Source of the DNA: Halorussus marinus
GTDB lineage: Archaea > Halobacteriota > Halobacteria > Halobacteriales > Haladaptataceae
Direction of reading: 5' to 3'
Length of the DNA: 64,000 nucleotides
NCBI RefSeq assembly: GCF_004765795.1
Contig: NZ_SBIV01000001.1
Location: 124,001-188,000 of the forward strand
The position numbers and the translations under genes were made by a program. Numbering within the stretch: position 1 is the stretch's first letter; each line of letters opens with the position of its first letter. This document shows, piece by piece, positions 50,412-60,006 of the stretch. The notes beneath the pieces are model-generated. The model was not told the DNA's origin and did no database searches. It saw only the letters and a program-made list of their open reading frames with translations.

Positions 50412-51824
50412 TCAGTCCCGCAACCGCCGCCACGCGCCCGCCCCGACCAGCCCCGCGAGGGCGGCCGGCACGCCGAAGCCGGGGACGCCCGAGGAGGCGC
50501 CGTCGTCGGTCGTGGCGTCGTCGGCGAGCGCGGCCTGTTCGGTTCCTGTCGCGGTCGTGGTCTCGGTATCGCCCCCCGCGGTCGTCGTCAGCGACGGCGG
50601 ATTCCTCTGCTCGCCGGCGTGGTTGCCGAAGGTGTACAGCGCGCCTCGACTCCCCTCCAGTTGGCCCGCACTGCTGGCGACGAAAAACCGGTCGGTGACC
50701 GGTCTCGCCGTCCAGAACGCCGCCTCGTCGGGCTTGCGCCACCACGCCAACAGCTCGGGGTTCGCGGGGTCGGAGATGTCGTGGATCTTGACCCCGCCCT
50801 GATACCACGAGGAGAACAGCCGGTCGCCGACGATGTCGAAGTTGTGGGAGGTGGTCCACGTACCGCTGAGGCTTGGGTCGGGGGTCGGCGGCGGGTCGAT
50901 GGTCGACAGCCGGGTCGGGTCCTCGAGGTCCGAGACGTCCCAGAGTTCGAGCTCGCCGGGGGTCCCGCGGCCGTCGACGGCCCACGCCTCCTTGTTGATC
51001 CCGAGTAGCGAGCCGTCGTCGTTGGGCATCGAGAAGTGGTGGTTGCCGGGCTTGCGGAGTATCTGGGCCCGGACCGACTCGTCGGAAACGGCCGCGAGTT
51101 CCTCGCGGGACCGACCCCCGACCCGGCCGGCGAACGACGGGGCCGCGGGGTCGCTCACGTCGACGATCCACGTCCCGGCGTCCCACTGGGCGAGGTAGGC
51201 CCGTCCGTCGCCGACCCACACGTCGTGGACCGTCCGGAGGTTCGAGGGGGTCTCGGTCCACGCCGACTCGTGGCCGGGGATCGACCACCGTCCGATCTCG
51301 GTCGGGTCGTCGCCGCTCACGTCGACCATCACGAGGGGGTTGTCGGCGTTGTCGTTGCCGGTCAGGTAGGCGACCCCGTCCCGGAGAAAGCAGTTGTGGA
51401 TCGGGTAGTCGGTCTCGAAGAAGGCGACTCGCTCGGGGTCGGTCGGCTCGCTCACGTCGTAGATCAGCACGCCCCGAAGCACGTCGCCGGGGATCGGATC
51501 GGCGGGCCCGGCGACGATCAGCCGGTCGCCCTCGACCTTCGCGTCTTGGAGCCCCCGGAGCGGGCCGGTCTCGCGGTCGGCGAGCAGTTCCCGGCGCTCC
51601 GCGACGACCTGCGGGTCGTCCGGGCGCGCCACGTCTACGACCGCGAACCCGTCCATCGCGGCGACGTAGACGTACTCGTCGTCCGGACCCGGGACCGCTT
51701 CGGCCGCGTTCGCTACCGAGACGCTCCCGTACGGCCGGTACGGGCCGGGGTGGCCCGAGGCGGTGCCGACCGCCGACAGACCGAGCGTCCCGACGATGCC
51801 CCCCAGAAATTCGCGCCGTCGCAT
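50412..51824 (-). CDS. LVIVD-repeat beta-propeller surface protein, Tat signal and PGF-CTERM
   Basis: MRRREFL, repeated (V/I)(V/Y)DVS.P..P, HN/HD motifs, Thr linker, VPGFG-TM-RR. Confidence 0.9.
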   Translation of the reverse strand: MRRREFLGGIVGTLGLSAVGTASGHPGPYRPYGSVSVANAAEAVPGPDDEYVYVAAMDGFAVVDVARPDDPQVVAERRELLADRETGPLRGLQDAKVEGDRLIVAGPADPIPGDVLRGVLIYDVSEPTDPERVAFFETDYPIHNCFLRDGVAYLTGNDNADNPLVMVDVSGDDPTEIGRWSIPGHESAWTETPSNLRTVHDVWVGDGRAYLAQWDAGTWIVDVSDPAAPSFAGRVGGRSREELAAVSDESVRAQILRKPGNHHFSMPNDDGSLLGINKEAWAVDGRGTPGELELWDVSDLEDPTRLSTIDPPPTPDPSLSGTWTTSHNFDIVGDRLFSSWYQGGVKIHDISDPANPELLAWWRKPDEAAFWTARPVTDRFFVASSAGQLEGSRGALYTFGNHAGEQRNPPSLTTTAGGDTETTTATGTEQAALADDATTDDGASSGVPGFGVPAALAGLVGAGAWRRLRD

Positions 51825-51880
51825 GCGTCTACCGATGCGACACAGCGGGATAAAAGGGGCGGACCCCGGCCCGGCCGTCC

Positions 51881-52855
51881 TCACGCGACCCGCGAGCGGT
51901 CGCCCGTCCCGCCGGTCAGCGCGCTGGCGATGGCGCCTTTCAACACCACGTCGTCGCCGAGGTTCGTCAGTTGGACGTCCGGGACGTTGTTGAACACCGT
52001 CTCCCGGAGGCGCTCGCGGAGCGGGTCCACGACGAGTTCCTCGTTGTTGAGCGCGACCGCGCCCCCGACGTAGACGACCAGCGGAGCGTACGCCTGCACG
52101 ATGTTCGTCACCCCGAGGGTGTTCCAGTGGGCGACCTGCTCGACGACGTGGTCGGCGAACGCGTCCTGACCCGCGTACTCGAACACGTCCGCCGCCGAGA
52201 AGTCGGCGGCGTCGATCGGGAGGGCGGTGTCCAGTCCCGGGTCGTCCTCGGCCAGCATCGTCGCGTACTCGGGGATGTTGTTGCCCGAGCAGTACGCCTC
52301 CCAGTGGCCGTCGTGGCCGCACCCGCAGGTCCGCCGTCCCCGGGGGTCGACGACCATGTGGCCGACCTCGCCCGCGTTGCCGTCCCACCCCGACAGCACC
52401 TCGCCGTCGACACAGACCCCGGCGCCGATGCCCGACGAGATGGTGAGATACACCATGTCGTCAGGATTGCGGTCGCTGTAGAAGCGCTCGCCGATGACCC
52501 CCGCCACGGTGTCGTTGTGGAGGTACACCCGGTCGGAGTCGACGAGCTGGCCGATCGGTCCGGAAAGCGGGATCCGGCCGACGGCGTCGGGGAGGTTCGC
52601 GGGGCCGTCGACGATCCCCTCCGCGAGGTCGAGCGGCCCGATGCTACCGATCCCGACGGCCTCGATCTCGTCGGGGTCGACGCCGACGGCCCCGCAGGCC
52701 TCCCGGAGACACGACAGCACCGCCTCGGTGACCGCGATGCCGGTCGGCCCCCTCGGCGTGTCCGCGCGGTGAACGCTCACCACCGCCCCGTCCCCGTCGG
52801 CGACTGCCGCCCTGACGTTCGTCGCACCGAGGTCAACGCCCGCGTAGTACGCCAT
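51881..52855 (-). CDS. glk: ROK family sugar kinase (probable glucokinase)
   Basis: GVDLGAT, HND, GIGAG, GEVGH, CGCG..GHWEAYCSG. Confidence 0.88.
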   Translation of the reverse strand: MAYYAGVDLGATNVRAAVADGDGAVVSVHRADTPRGPTGIAVTEAVLSCLREACGAVGVDPDEIEAVGIGSIGPLDLAEGIVDGPANLPDAVGRIPLSGPIGQLVDSDRVYLHNDTVAGVIGERFYSDRNPDDMVYLTISSGIGAGVCVDGEVLSGWDGNAGEVGHMVVDPRGRRTCGCGHDGHWEAYCSGNNIPEYATMLAEDDPGLDTALPIDAADFSAADVFEYAGQDAFADHVVEQVAHWNTLGVTNIVQAYAPLVVYVGGAVALNNEELVVDPLRERLRETVFNNVPDVQLTNLGDDVVLKGAIASALTGGTGDRSRVA

Positions 52856-52898
52856 TCACGCCGGGAAGACGTGACGGCCGCACTTAACAACAATCATT

Positions 52899-52914
52899 TA
52901 CTCGGCATCGAGTA
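52899..52914. promoter_or_regulatory. TrmB-type box TACTCGGCATCGAGTA upstream of glucokinase
   Basis: Exact TACT-N7-GAGTA, 11 nt upstream of the minus-strand TTAA (52884-52887). Confidence 0.75.
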
Positions 52915-52999
52915 TGCGGTTTCCTCACACCGTCGGGTCGCCGGACGGGCGATTCGAGCAGACGCCAGACCTATGGCCTCGCGCATGTTAGTAAGTGTC

Positions 53000-53398
53000 A
53001 TGGATCGCGACCCCGACAGACCCGGCGGCGACCTCTCGGAGTCGGAGATCGAGGCGCTCCACGAGGTCGAACTCGGCCTCGAGTGGCTCCACCGCGCCCA
53101 CGGCAGTCTCGTCGAATTCCACCACGCGACGGGCCACGCGATGGACCACCTCGCCGACGCGGAGGCGACGTTGCGCGCGAGCGGCTACGACAAACTGGCC
53201 GACCGGCTCCGCGAGGAGTTGCTCCCGACCGGCGTGTTCGATCAGACGTGGTCGTACGACGTGGTCGAGACGTTTCAGGACGGCTGTCTCGCGGACGTGA
53301 CCGCGTTCGAGTCCGACGTCCGCGAGACGGTCTCGGACGGCCGGCGCCACGTCGCCGAGCGCCGCCAGGAGCGCGAGTGGAAGGGCCGACGCGACTAA
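53000..53398 (+). CDS. His-rich helical hypothetical protein
   Basis: EALHEVELGLEWLHRAHGSLVEFHHATGHAMDHL; acidic composition. Confidence 0.85.
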   Translation: MDRDPDRPGGDLSESEIEALHEVELGLEWLHRAHGSLVEFHHATGHAMDHLADAEATLRASGYDKLADRLREELLPTGVFDQTWSYDVVETFQDGCLADVTAFESDVRETVSDGRRHVAERRQEREWKGRRD

Positions 53399-53844
53399 TC
53401 CGACCGGACGAAGGTGACCGGACACGGCGAGGACAGCATCACGGTCTGGGCGACCGAGCCGAAGACGGCCTTCCCCGTCGGCGATCTGGTGCGACCGCCC
53501 ACGACCACGCGGTCGGCGTCGACCTCGCTGGCGAGGTCCGCGATGGTCTCGCCGTGAGAGCCGACCGCGCCCCGAACCCGATACGTGATGCCGGCGTCGG
53601 CGAGCCGGTCGGTTAGCTCGCGGATCGTGGCGTGGCGCGCGGCCACCTCGTCCGGGTTGATCTCGCCCATCGGATCGTAGTCGAGTCGCGCGACGACCTC
53701 GTCGTACTCCTCGTCGGTGAACACATGAGCAAGGATCACCGTCGCGCCCGTCGGTTCGGCCACCTCGGCGACGGCGTCCGCCAGCGTCTCGGTGCGGTCG
53801 GCGTCGCCGGGTCCGACCGCGAGCAGTATCGTTTCCAGCGTCAT
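53395..53844 (-). CDS. Universal stress protein (UspA family)
   Basis: ILLAVG, VVGG.TRSPTGKAVFGSVAQ.V.LSSPCPVTFV. Confidence 0.95.
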   Translation of the reverse strand: MTLETILLAVGPGDADRTETLADAVAEVAEPTGATVILAHVFTDEEYDEVVARLDYDPMGEINPDEVAARHATIRELTDRLADAGITYRVRGAVGSHGETIADLASEVDADRVVVGGRTRSPTGKAVFGSVAQTVMLSSPCPVTFVRSD

Positions 53845-53888
53845 ACGCCCTCCTCCGCGGCCCGACCAATTAAGCGTGTGGGACGGTT

Positions 53889-53904
53889 TACTCGCCGGCG
53901 AGTA
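53889..53904. promoter_or_regulatory. Perfect 16-bp palindromic TrmB-type box TACTCGCCGGCGAGTA
   Basis: Exact TACT-N7-GAGTA between divergent usp and SDR genes. Confidence 0.7.
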
Positions 53905-53972
53905 GTACAGTCGGTCCTCGACCCCGAGCCGGTTCCCGCACACCGATATGGATCGAGCCCCAACCGACGGCC

Positions 53973-54713
53973 ATGCTACGACCTGACCTGTCGGGACGGA
54001 CCGCGCTGGTGACCGGGAGCGCGACGGGCGTCGGCCGCGAACTGGTGTTCGCGCTCGCCGACCGGGGCGCCTCGACCGCGGTCCACTATCGGACGAGCGA
54101 CGAGGCCGCGGCGGCGACCGCCGAGACGGCCCGCGAGCGGGGCGCGCCCGACGCGACCACCGTGCAGGCCGACGTGGCCGATCCCGACGACGTCGAGGCG
54201 ATGTTCGAGGCGGTCGAGGCGGACCTCGGGACGGTCGACGTGCTCGTCAACAACGTCGGCCCGTTCGCGCCCGACCACTGGGAGGACCTTTCCTACGAGG
54301 AGTGGAACACCGTCCTGCAGGCGAACGTCAACGGCACGTATCTGTGCTGTAAACGCGCGCTCCCCGGGATGCGCGACCAGTCGTGGGGCCGGATCGTGAA
54401 CGTCGGCTACGCGAGCGCCGAGAAGGGGCTGATGTCGCCGAAGAACGCGCCGTACTTCATCGCCAAGCAGGGCGTGTTGATGTTCACCCGGATGCTGGCG
54501 GCCGACACCCGGGACGACGGGATCACCGCGAACGCGGTGTCGCCGTACGTCGTCGAGAACTCCGACGAGTTCCCCGACGACCTCCCCCGCGGGCGACCCG
54601 CGAGCTTCGAGGACATCGCGCAGGCCGTCCTCTTTTTCCTCGACGAGGACAGCGGCTACATCAGCGGCGAGAACGTCGAGGTCGACGGCGGGTGGCTACC
54701 GGAATCGGTGTGA
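53973..54713 (+). CDS. Short-chain dehydrogenase/reductase
   Basis: TGSATGVG, LVNNVG, YFIAK catalytic motif, VDGG. Confidence 0.93.
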   Translation: MLRPDLSGRTALVTGSATGVGRELVFALADRGASTAVHYRTSDEAAAATAETARERGAPDATTVQADVADPDDVEAMFEAVEADLGTVDVLVNNVGPFAPDHWEDLSYEEWNTVLQANVNGTYLCCKRALPGMRDQSWGRIVNVGYASAEKGLMSPKNAPYFIAKQGVLMFTRMLAADTRDDGITANAVSPYVVENSDEFPDDLPRGRPASFEDIAQAVLFFLDEDSGYISGENVEVDGGWLPESV

Positions 54714-54733
54714 GTCGCGGTCGCTCGGGGCCG

Positions 54734-55162
54734 CTACCGGTCCGGCGTCCATCCCGATCGGCCCTGCTCCAGTCGGATCGCCTCGTCGATGAGCGTCTCC
54801 TGCTCGCGGACCACGTCGGTCATCGTGAGGATGCCGACCACGTCGAGACCTTCGACCGCCGGGAGCTTCTTCACGTCCTCGGCCCGCATCCGCCTGACCG
54901 CCGTCCGGACGGTCGCGTCCGGCGAGATCGTGACGACGCCGTCGCTCCCGGCCTTCGTCACCGGGATCTCGCCGAACGGCCGCTCGAAGCGATAGCCCGC
55001 CTTGAGCGCGTCGGTCTCGGTCACGATTCCGGCGGGATCGCCGTCCCGGGTGACGACGGCGCTCCCCACGCCCTCCCGAAGCATCACGCCCACCGCGCGC
55101 CGGAGCGGCGCGTCGGCCGGGACCGTCACCACGTCGGTCGTCATCGCGTCGCGAACGAGCAT
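54734..55162 (-). CDS. CBS-pair domain protein
   Basis: Two CBS repeats (GIVTETD, GILTMTD). Confidence 0.92.
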   Translation of the reverse strand: MLVRDAMTTDVVTVPADAPLRRAVGVMLREGVGSAVVTRDGDPAGIVTETDALKAGYRFERPFGEIPVTKAGSDGVVTISPDATVRTAVRRMRAEDVKKLPAVEGLDVVGILTMTDVVREQETLIDEAIRLEQGRSGWTPDR

Positions 55163-55286
55163 ACTCCCCCGTGTCGGGGGCGCCGGATGTACGTTTGGGT
55201 CGCGGCGTGGGTCCGGACAGAGAGCCGGCGCCGCCGGACGCTTCCCGAACAACTAAGCCCCCGCGAGGACCCTCACCCGACAACGG

Positions 55287-55784
55287 ATGAGCCACACGAC
55301 GGACGAACTCGCCGGGGTGGTCGACCTCTTCGGCGCGCTGACTGCCGACGAACTCCGGGAGGCGCTCTCGGAACTCGCGTTCAAGCGGGGCGAGTCGGTC
55401 GACGACGAGGCGCTGACCGCCGAGATCGAGCGTGCGCTCGCCGACTACCACCTCGTCGAGATCGACCGCGACGGCGACCGCCTGCTGGTCGCCGGCCCGG
55501 CCGCCTTCCCCGCGGTGCCAGAACACGGTCCGGACCTGCCCCACATCATGGACGTGCCCGACCGCGACCTCGACCGCGAGGCGGTCGGCGAGGCGGTCGC
55601 CGACCGCCTCCGCGAGGAGAGCCGGACGGTCGCCGCGGCGGGCGAGACCGACCGCGCCGAGCGACTCCTCGACGTGAGCTACGACCTCGAAGCGTGGGCG
55701 CCGGTCGGGGTCGCCGACGTGCGCGAGACGCTGGATCGGGCCTTCGAGTCGCCCGGCACCGACTGCGCCGAACGCACGAATTAA
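55287..55784 (+). CDS. Conserved haloarchaeal hypothetical protein (DUF7109-like)
   Basis: DELAGVVDLFGALT..EL..AL.ELAF, GPAAFP..P....DLPHI. Confidence 0.85.
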   Translation: MSHTTDELAGVVDLFGALTADELREALSELAFKRGESVDDEALTAEIERALADYHLVEIDRDGDRLLVAGPAAFPAVPEHGPDLPHIMDVPDRDLDREAVGEAVADRLREESRTVAAAGETDRAERLLDVSYDLEAWAPVGVADVRETLDRAFESPGTDCAERTN

Positions 55785-55809
55785 GGCCGGCGAGTCCGAG
55801 GTTCCGGAT

Positions 55810-56412
55810 ATGGAACTGGGCCGCGTGACCGAGTACGTCCCGCGAGCGGTCACCGACGAGGAGCGCAACGCGGCGGTGTTAGCGCCGGTCGCGGTCCGCG
55901 ACGGCGAGCCCCACCTCGTGTTCACCAAGCGCGCGGACCACCTCGGCGAACACGCCGGCCAGATGAGCTTCCCCGGCGGCGGTCGCGAGCCCAGCGACGA
56001 GGATCTGCTGGCGACCGCGCTCCGGGAGGCCGACGAGGAGATCGGACTCGGGCCCGACGAGGCCGACGTCGTGGGGCGACTCGACGACATCCGGACGACC
56101 ACCCGGTACGCGGTCTCGCCGTTCGTCGCGCGGGTGCCCGACCGACAGTACACCCCCGACGAGCGCGAGGTCGCCGAGATCGCGGTCCTGCCGGTCTCGG
56201 GGCTGGTCGATCCCGACAACTACGAGAACGAGCGCCGCGAGCACCCCCAGTACGGCGAGGCGATCGTCCACTTCTTCCGGGTCGATGGCTACACCGTCTG
56301 GGGCGCGACCGCCCGGATCCTCGTCCAGTTGCTGGAGCTTGCGACCGACTGGCGCGCGCCCGAGACGATCGACCGAGTGCTCGACCCCGACGCCGACGTC
56401 GGGCGGCGCTGA
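55810..56412 (+). CDS. Nudix hydrolase, CoA pyrophosphatase-like
   Basis: H.GQMSFPGG, ALREADEEIGL Nudix box, VWGATA. Confidence 0.93.
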   Translation: MELGRVTEYVPRAVTDEERNAAVLAPVAVRDGEPHLVFTKRADHLGEHAGQMSFPGGGREPSDEDLLATALREADEEIGLGPDEADVVGRLDDIRTTTRYAVSPFVARVPDRQYTPDEREVAEIAVLPVSGLVDPDNYENERREHPQYGEAIVHFFRVDGYTVWGATARILVQLLELATDWRAPETIDRVLDPDADVGRR

Positions 56413-56481
56413 CACCGCCGGGCCGGTAAGAACCGACAGTGCCGACACGCTTTTGAGTCCTCCCGGGGTACGGTGGGGTAC

Positions 56482-56523
56482 ATGGTCGCACAGACGATGG
56501 ATCGCGTTCCGCACGGGTCGTAG
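56482..56523 (+). other. Putative leaderless uORF/leader peptide MVAQTMDRVPHGS
   Basis: ATG 25 nt after TTTTGA (56451-56456); TAG at 56521-56523, 30 nt before the next GTG start. Confidence 0.4.
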
Positions 56524-56553
56524 AGTTCTCACTGTTACTGGCGGTGGTCGCGC

Positions 56554-57336
56554 GTGCTGACTACTGGCGAGTCCGTCGCGACGACCGGGCTCGACGCCGT
56601 CGCGCTCAAGCCCGCCGAGTGCGACGTCTCGCGCGCGCTCGACCTCCCGTTCGAGAGAGTGACGATAGATTACGAGGGCCGCGAGCACCGCCCGAGCGAG
56701 GAGACGCTCGCGGCCCTCGCCAGCGAAAAGACGGTCCGGCTCACCACGCCGGTCCGGGCCGCGGGGTACGATCCCCTCGGCGACGACGCCCTCTACGGAG
56801 CCATCCCCGAGGGCGTCAAACGGGTCGCGGTCGCGGGTCACGCCGCCTACCTCACCGACGAGGAGCGATCGAAGGCGGTCGCGCCCCGGCTCGGGGCGGC
56901 TGTCGAGCGCGCACCCGACGCGTGGGTCGGCACCGAGGGCGTCGAGCGCGTGGCGCTCGCGACCGGGGCGACGCAGTTCGAGCTCCTGTCGCGGTCGACC
57001 GAGCGCGACCTCCGGGCGCTCCGGGCAGGGGGCTTCGACGGCGAGGTCGCGGTGTACGCCCCGACGGTCCTCACCGACGACGACGATGCGGTGCTCGACG
57101 CCGTCGGCGCGTACGCGGCCCGGCGCGGGCCGGTCGCGAGCGCGCTTCCCGAGGGCGCCGCGACCGACCACACGGCGTCGGGACGGGCCCGCGAGGTCCT
57201 CACGGCGGCGACCCGCGACTACGCGCTGGTCGGCACCCCGACGGCGGTCGGCGAGCAGGTCGCCGCGCTGAAGGAGGCCGGCGCCGACCTCGTGGTCGGC
57301 TACCCCGCCCGCGGCGTCGAGGCGTTGGTCTCCTGA
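56554..57336 (+). CDS. Haloarchaeal hypothetical protein, luciferase-like TIM barrel (DUF7388-like)
   Basis: GTG start with SD-like GGCGGTGG; LDAVALKP.E, IDYEG, TTPVRA.GYDPLGDD, YALVGT. Confidence 0.8.
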   Translation: MLTTGESVATTGLDAVALKPAECDVSRALDLPFERVTIDYEGREHRPSEETLAALASEKTVRLTTPVRAAGYDPLGDDALYGAIPEGVKRVAVAGHAAYLTDEERSKAVAPRLGAAVERAPDAWVGTEGVERVALATGATQFELLSRSTERDLRALRAGGFDGEVAVYAPTVLTDDDDAVLDAVGAYAARRGPVASALPEGAATDHTASGRAREVLTAATRDYALVGTPTAVGEQVAALKEAGADLVVGYPARGVEALVS

Positions 57337-57388
57337 CGCTGGCGGGGGTTTCCGAACACGGATGGGGCCCGAGCCCGTACCCCGCCCT

Positions 57389-57934
57389 ATGCCCACCTTC
57401 GTCGCGGAGATCCAGTCGGTCGGCGACCCCGCCGACTTCCGACGGCGCATCGCCGAACGCATCGAGACGGTCGGCGACGCGGTCGCGGTCCTCGAAGACT
57501 GGACCGAGTCCAGCCGCGAGACCAGGACCGAACTCGCCTCGAAGTACGACACCGCCAAGTCGCTCGCCAGAGACGAAGTCGCCGAGGACGGCGACGGGGA
57601 AGACGACGCCGCCGACCTCCCGGCCGAGGACCTTCTCACCCACCCCGCGGTCTCGGACGGAACCAAGCGGCGCCTCCGGGAGTACAGCACGAAGCTCTAC
57701 GTGTTCCTCGACGAGGAGCGCTCTTACGAGGGTGCTCGCGAGGAGCTTTTGACCGCCCTCGACGCCGAGCTCGGCCTCTATCGGCGCCTGCTGGAAGCGG
57801 TCGGCGCGGACGAGACGGTCCGGGACGGCCAGGCGGCGATCGCCCGGTTCGCCCGCGAGACGGCGCCGGGCTCGCCGACCCAGACCGCGACCGAACTCCT
57901 GCTCGAATCGGCGGTCGACGATCGGCCCGACTAG
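57389..57934 (+). CDS. Hypothetical alpha-helical acidic protein
   Basis: Acidic, heptad-like ORF filling the gap. Confidence 0.7.
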   Translation: MPTFVAEIQSVGDPADFRRRIAERIETVGDAVAVLEDWTESSRETRTELASKYDTAKSLARDEVAEDGDGEDDAADLPAEDLLTHPAVSDGTKRRLREYSTKLYVFLDEERSYEGAREELLTALDAELGLYRRLLEAVGADETVRDGQAAIARFARETAPGSPTQTATELLLESAVDDRPD

Positions 57935-57991
57935 GGCCGAGCGCCGGCGCGGGTCGGTACCCCTTTGGCGGTCGGTTTCGAACGCGGTCGT

Positions 57992-58711
57992 ATGCGACTC
58001 GCACGACTGCTGACGCCGGACGGACCGGTGAGTGGGACCTACGACGACGGCGTCGTCCGCGCCGACGACGGCACCTACGAGGTCGGAACCGACGGCCGGC
58101 TCCTGCCGCCCTGCGAGCCCTCTGCGGTGTACTGCGTCGGGCGAAACTACGCCGAGACGCTCGATCAGATGGAGTACGAGCGCCCCGAGGAGCCCGACTT
58201 CTTCGTGAAGCCGCCCGCCTCGCTGGTCGGGCACGGCAGACCGATCCCGTACCCCGAGTTCACCGACGAGCTGACCTACGCCGGCGAGCTCGCGGCGGTC
58301 ATCGGCGAGCGGTGTCGGGCGGTCGCCCCCGAGTCGGTGCCCGAGGTGGTTCGAGGGTACACCGTGATGAACGACGTCGACGCCCTCGACCAGCAGGGCC
58401 GGACCGCCCGGAAGGCCTTCGACGCCTCGGGGCCGCTCGGCCCGTGGATCGAGACGGACATCGACCCGACGGACGTCGACATGCGGACCGACGTGGGCGG
58501 CGAGCGCCGACAGGAGGCCAACACAGAGCTGATGCTGTTCGACCCCTACGAGATCGTCTCGTACCTCTCACGGCGGTTCACCTTCCGGCCCGGCGACGTG
58601 GTCGCGTTCGGGAGCCCGGCCAACCCCGGGCTGGTCAAGCCCGGCGAGACCGTCGAGATCACCTACGAGGGCGTCGGGACGCTCCGGAACCGCGTGGTCG
58701 CCCCGGAGTGA
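57992..58711 (+). CDS. Fumarylacetoacetate hydrolase family protein
   Basis: CVGRNY, FFVKP, GELAAVIG, MNDV, KAFD..GPLGPW, PGDV. Confidence 0.92.
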   Translation: MRLARLLTPDGPVSGTYDDGVVRADDGTYEVGTDGRLLPPCEPSAVYCVGRNYAETLDQMEYERPEEPDFFVKPPASLVGHGRPIPYPEFTDELTYAGELAAVIGERCRAVAPESVPEVVRGYTVMNDVDALDQQGRTARKAFDASGPLGPWIETDIDPTDVDMRTDVGGERRQEANTELMLFDPYEIVSYLSRRFTFRPGDVVAFGSPANPGLVKPGETVEITYEGVGTLRNRVVAPE

Positions 58712-58884
58712 GACCGGCCCCACTCACACTGACCGACGCCGTCCGCTCGGGCGTTCGGCCTCGAGAGCCGATTTTCCGGCGGGCGTACGCCTAAGTGCCC
58801 GCACTTCGTCGGCTCGACCATGCGCCGAGTCCGAGACACAGACCGAGCACCGAGCGCGACCGCCGTCTCGCCCCGGAGGCGACC

Positions 58885-59997
58885 ATGAGAGTCGCAGTCG
58901 TCGGCGGCGGCGCCGTCGGCACGACCGCCGCCTACGACCTCGCCGACCGCGGCGCGTCCGTGGTCCTCTACGAGAAGGGAGAGATCGGCGGCGCGTCGAC
59001 CGGCCGGGCCGCGGGCGTCCTCTACGACGCGTTCGCCGCGCCCGAGGACGCCCGCGTCGGCGACCGCGCGATCGAGCGCTTTCGGGCGTTCTCCGGCGAG
59101 GGCGAGTTCGAGTTCCGCGAGACGCCGTACGTCTTGCTCGCCCGCGAGGGCGACCGGAAGCGCGCCGATGCGATCCGCGAGCAGGTGCCCCGGATGCGCG
59201 AGGCCGACCGCGAGGTGGCGTTCGCCGACCCCGACGAGCTCCGCGACCGGTTCCCGGCGGTCGAGTGGGACGACGTGGGCGTCGCGGCCGTCGCGGAGAA
59301 CGCCGGCTGTACCCTGCCGGGAGCGTACGCCGACCTGCTGGCCGAGAAGGCCCGCGAGGCGGGCGCGGAGATCCGGACACACACCGCCGCCCGGCTCGAC
59401 CCCGACGGCCCGAGCGTCGAGACCGACGCGGGGTCGGCGTCGTTCGACGCGGTGGTGGTCGCGGCGGGCGCCCACACCAAGCGACTGCTCGCGGCGGCCG
59501 GGATTTCGGTCCCGCTCAAGCCCTACCGGGTGCAGGCGCTCACCGCGGGCTTCGACGACGAAAAGGGCTCGCTCCCCATGGTCTACGACGCCACCGAGGG
59601 GTACTACCTCCGGCCCCATCCCGACGGACTGCTCTCCGGGGACGGCACCGAGGAGGTCGAGAGCGACCCCGACGAGTGGAAGCGAGACGCCGACGAGGCG
59701 TTCGTGGACGCGACCCGCGAGCGACTCGACCACCGCGTCGGCGACTTCGGGCCGGTCGAAGACGCGTGGGCCGGCCTCTGCGTGGCGACGCCCGACCGCG
59801 ACCCGCTCGTCGGCGAACTCCGCGACGGGGTGTTCGTCGCGGCCGGCTGGCAGGGCCACGGGTTCATGCGAGCCCCGGCGCTCGGGGAGGCGGCCGCCGA
59901 GGCTGTCCTCGGCGACAGCCCGGTCCCGGAGTTCGATCCGACGCGGTTCGACGGCGACGAAGCGTTCGAGATCGTCGAGGGGATGGCGGTCGACTGA
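58885..59997 (+). CDS. FAD-dependent oxidoreductase (DAO/sarcosine oxidase-like)
   Basis: GGGAVG, GASTGRAAG, WAGL, TPD..P.VG, GWQGHGF. Confidence 0.92.
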   Translation: MRVAVVGGGAVGTTAAYDLADRGASVVLYEKGEIGGASTGRAAGVLYDAFAAPEDARVGDRAIERFRAFSGEGEFEFRETPYVLLAREGDRKRADAIREQVPRMREADREVAFADPDELRDRFPAVEWDDVGVAAVAENAGCTLPGAYADLLAEKAREAGAEIRTHTAARLDPDGPSVETDAGSASFDAVVVAAGAHTKRLLAAAGISVPLKPYRVQALTAGFDDEKGSLPMVYDATEGYYLRPHPDGLLSGDGTEEVESDPDEWKRDADEAFVDATRERLDHRVGDFGPVEDAWAGLCVATPDRDPLVGELRDGVFVAAGWQGHGFMRAPALGEAAAEAVLGDSPVPEFDPTRFDGDEAFEIVEGMAVD

Positions 59998-60006
59998 CCC
60001 GCCCGG

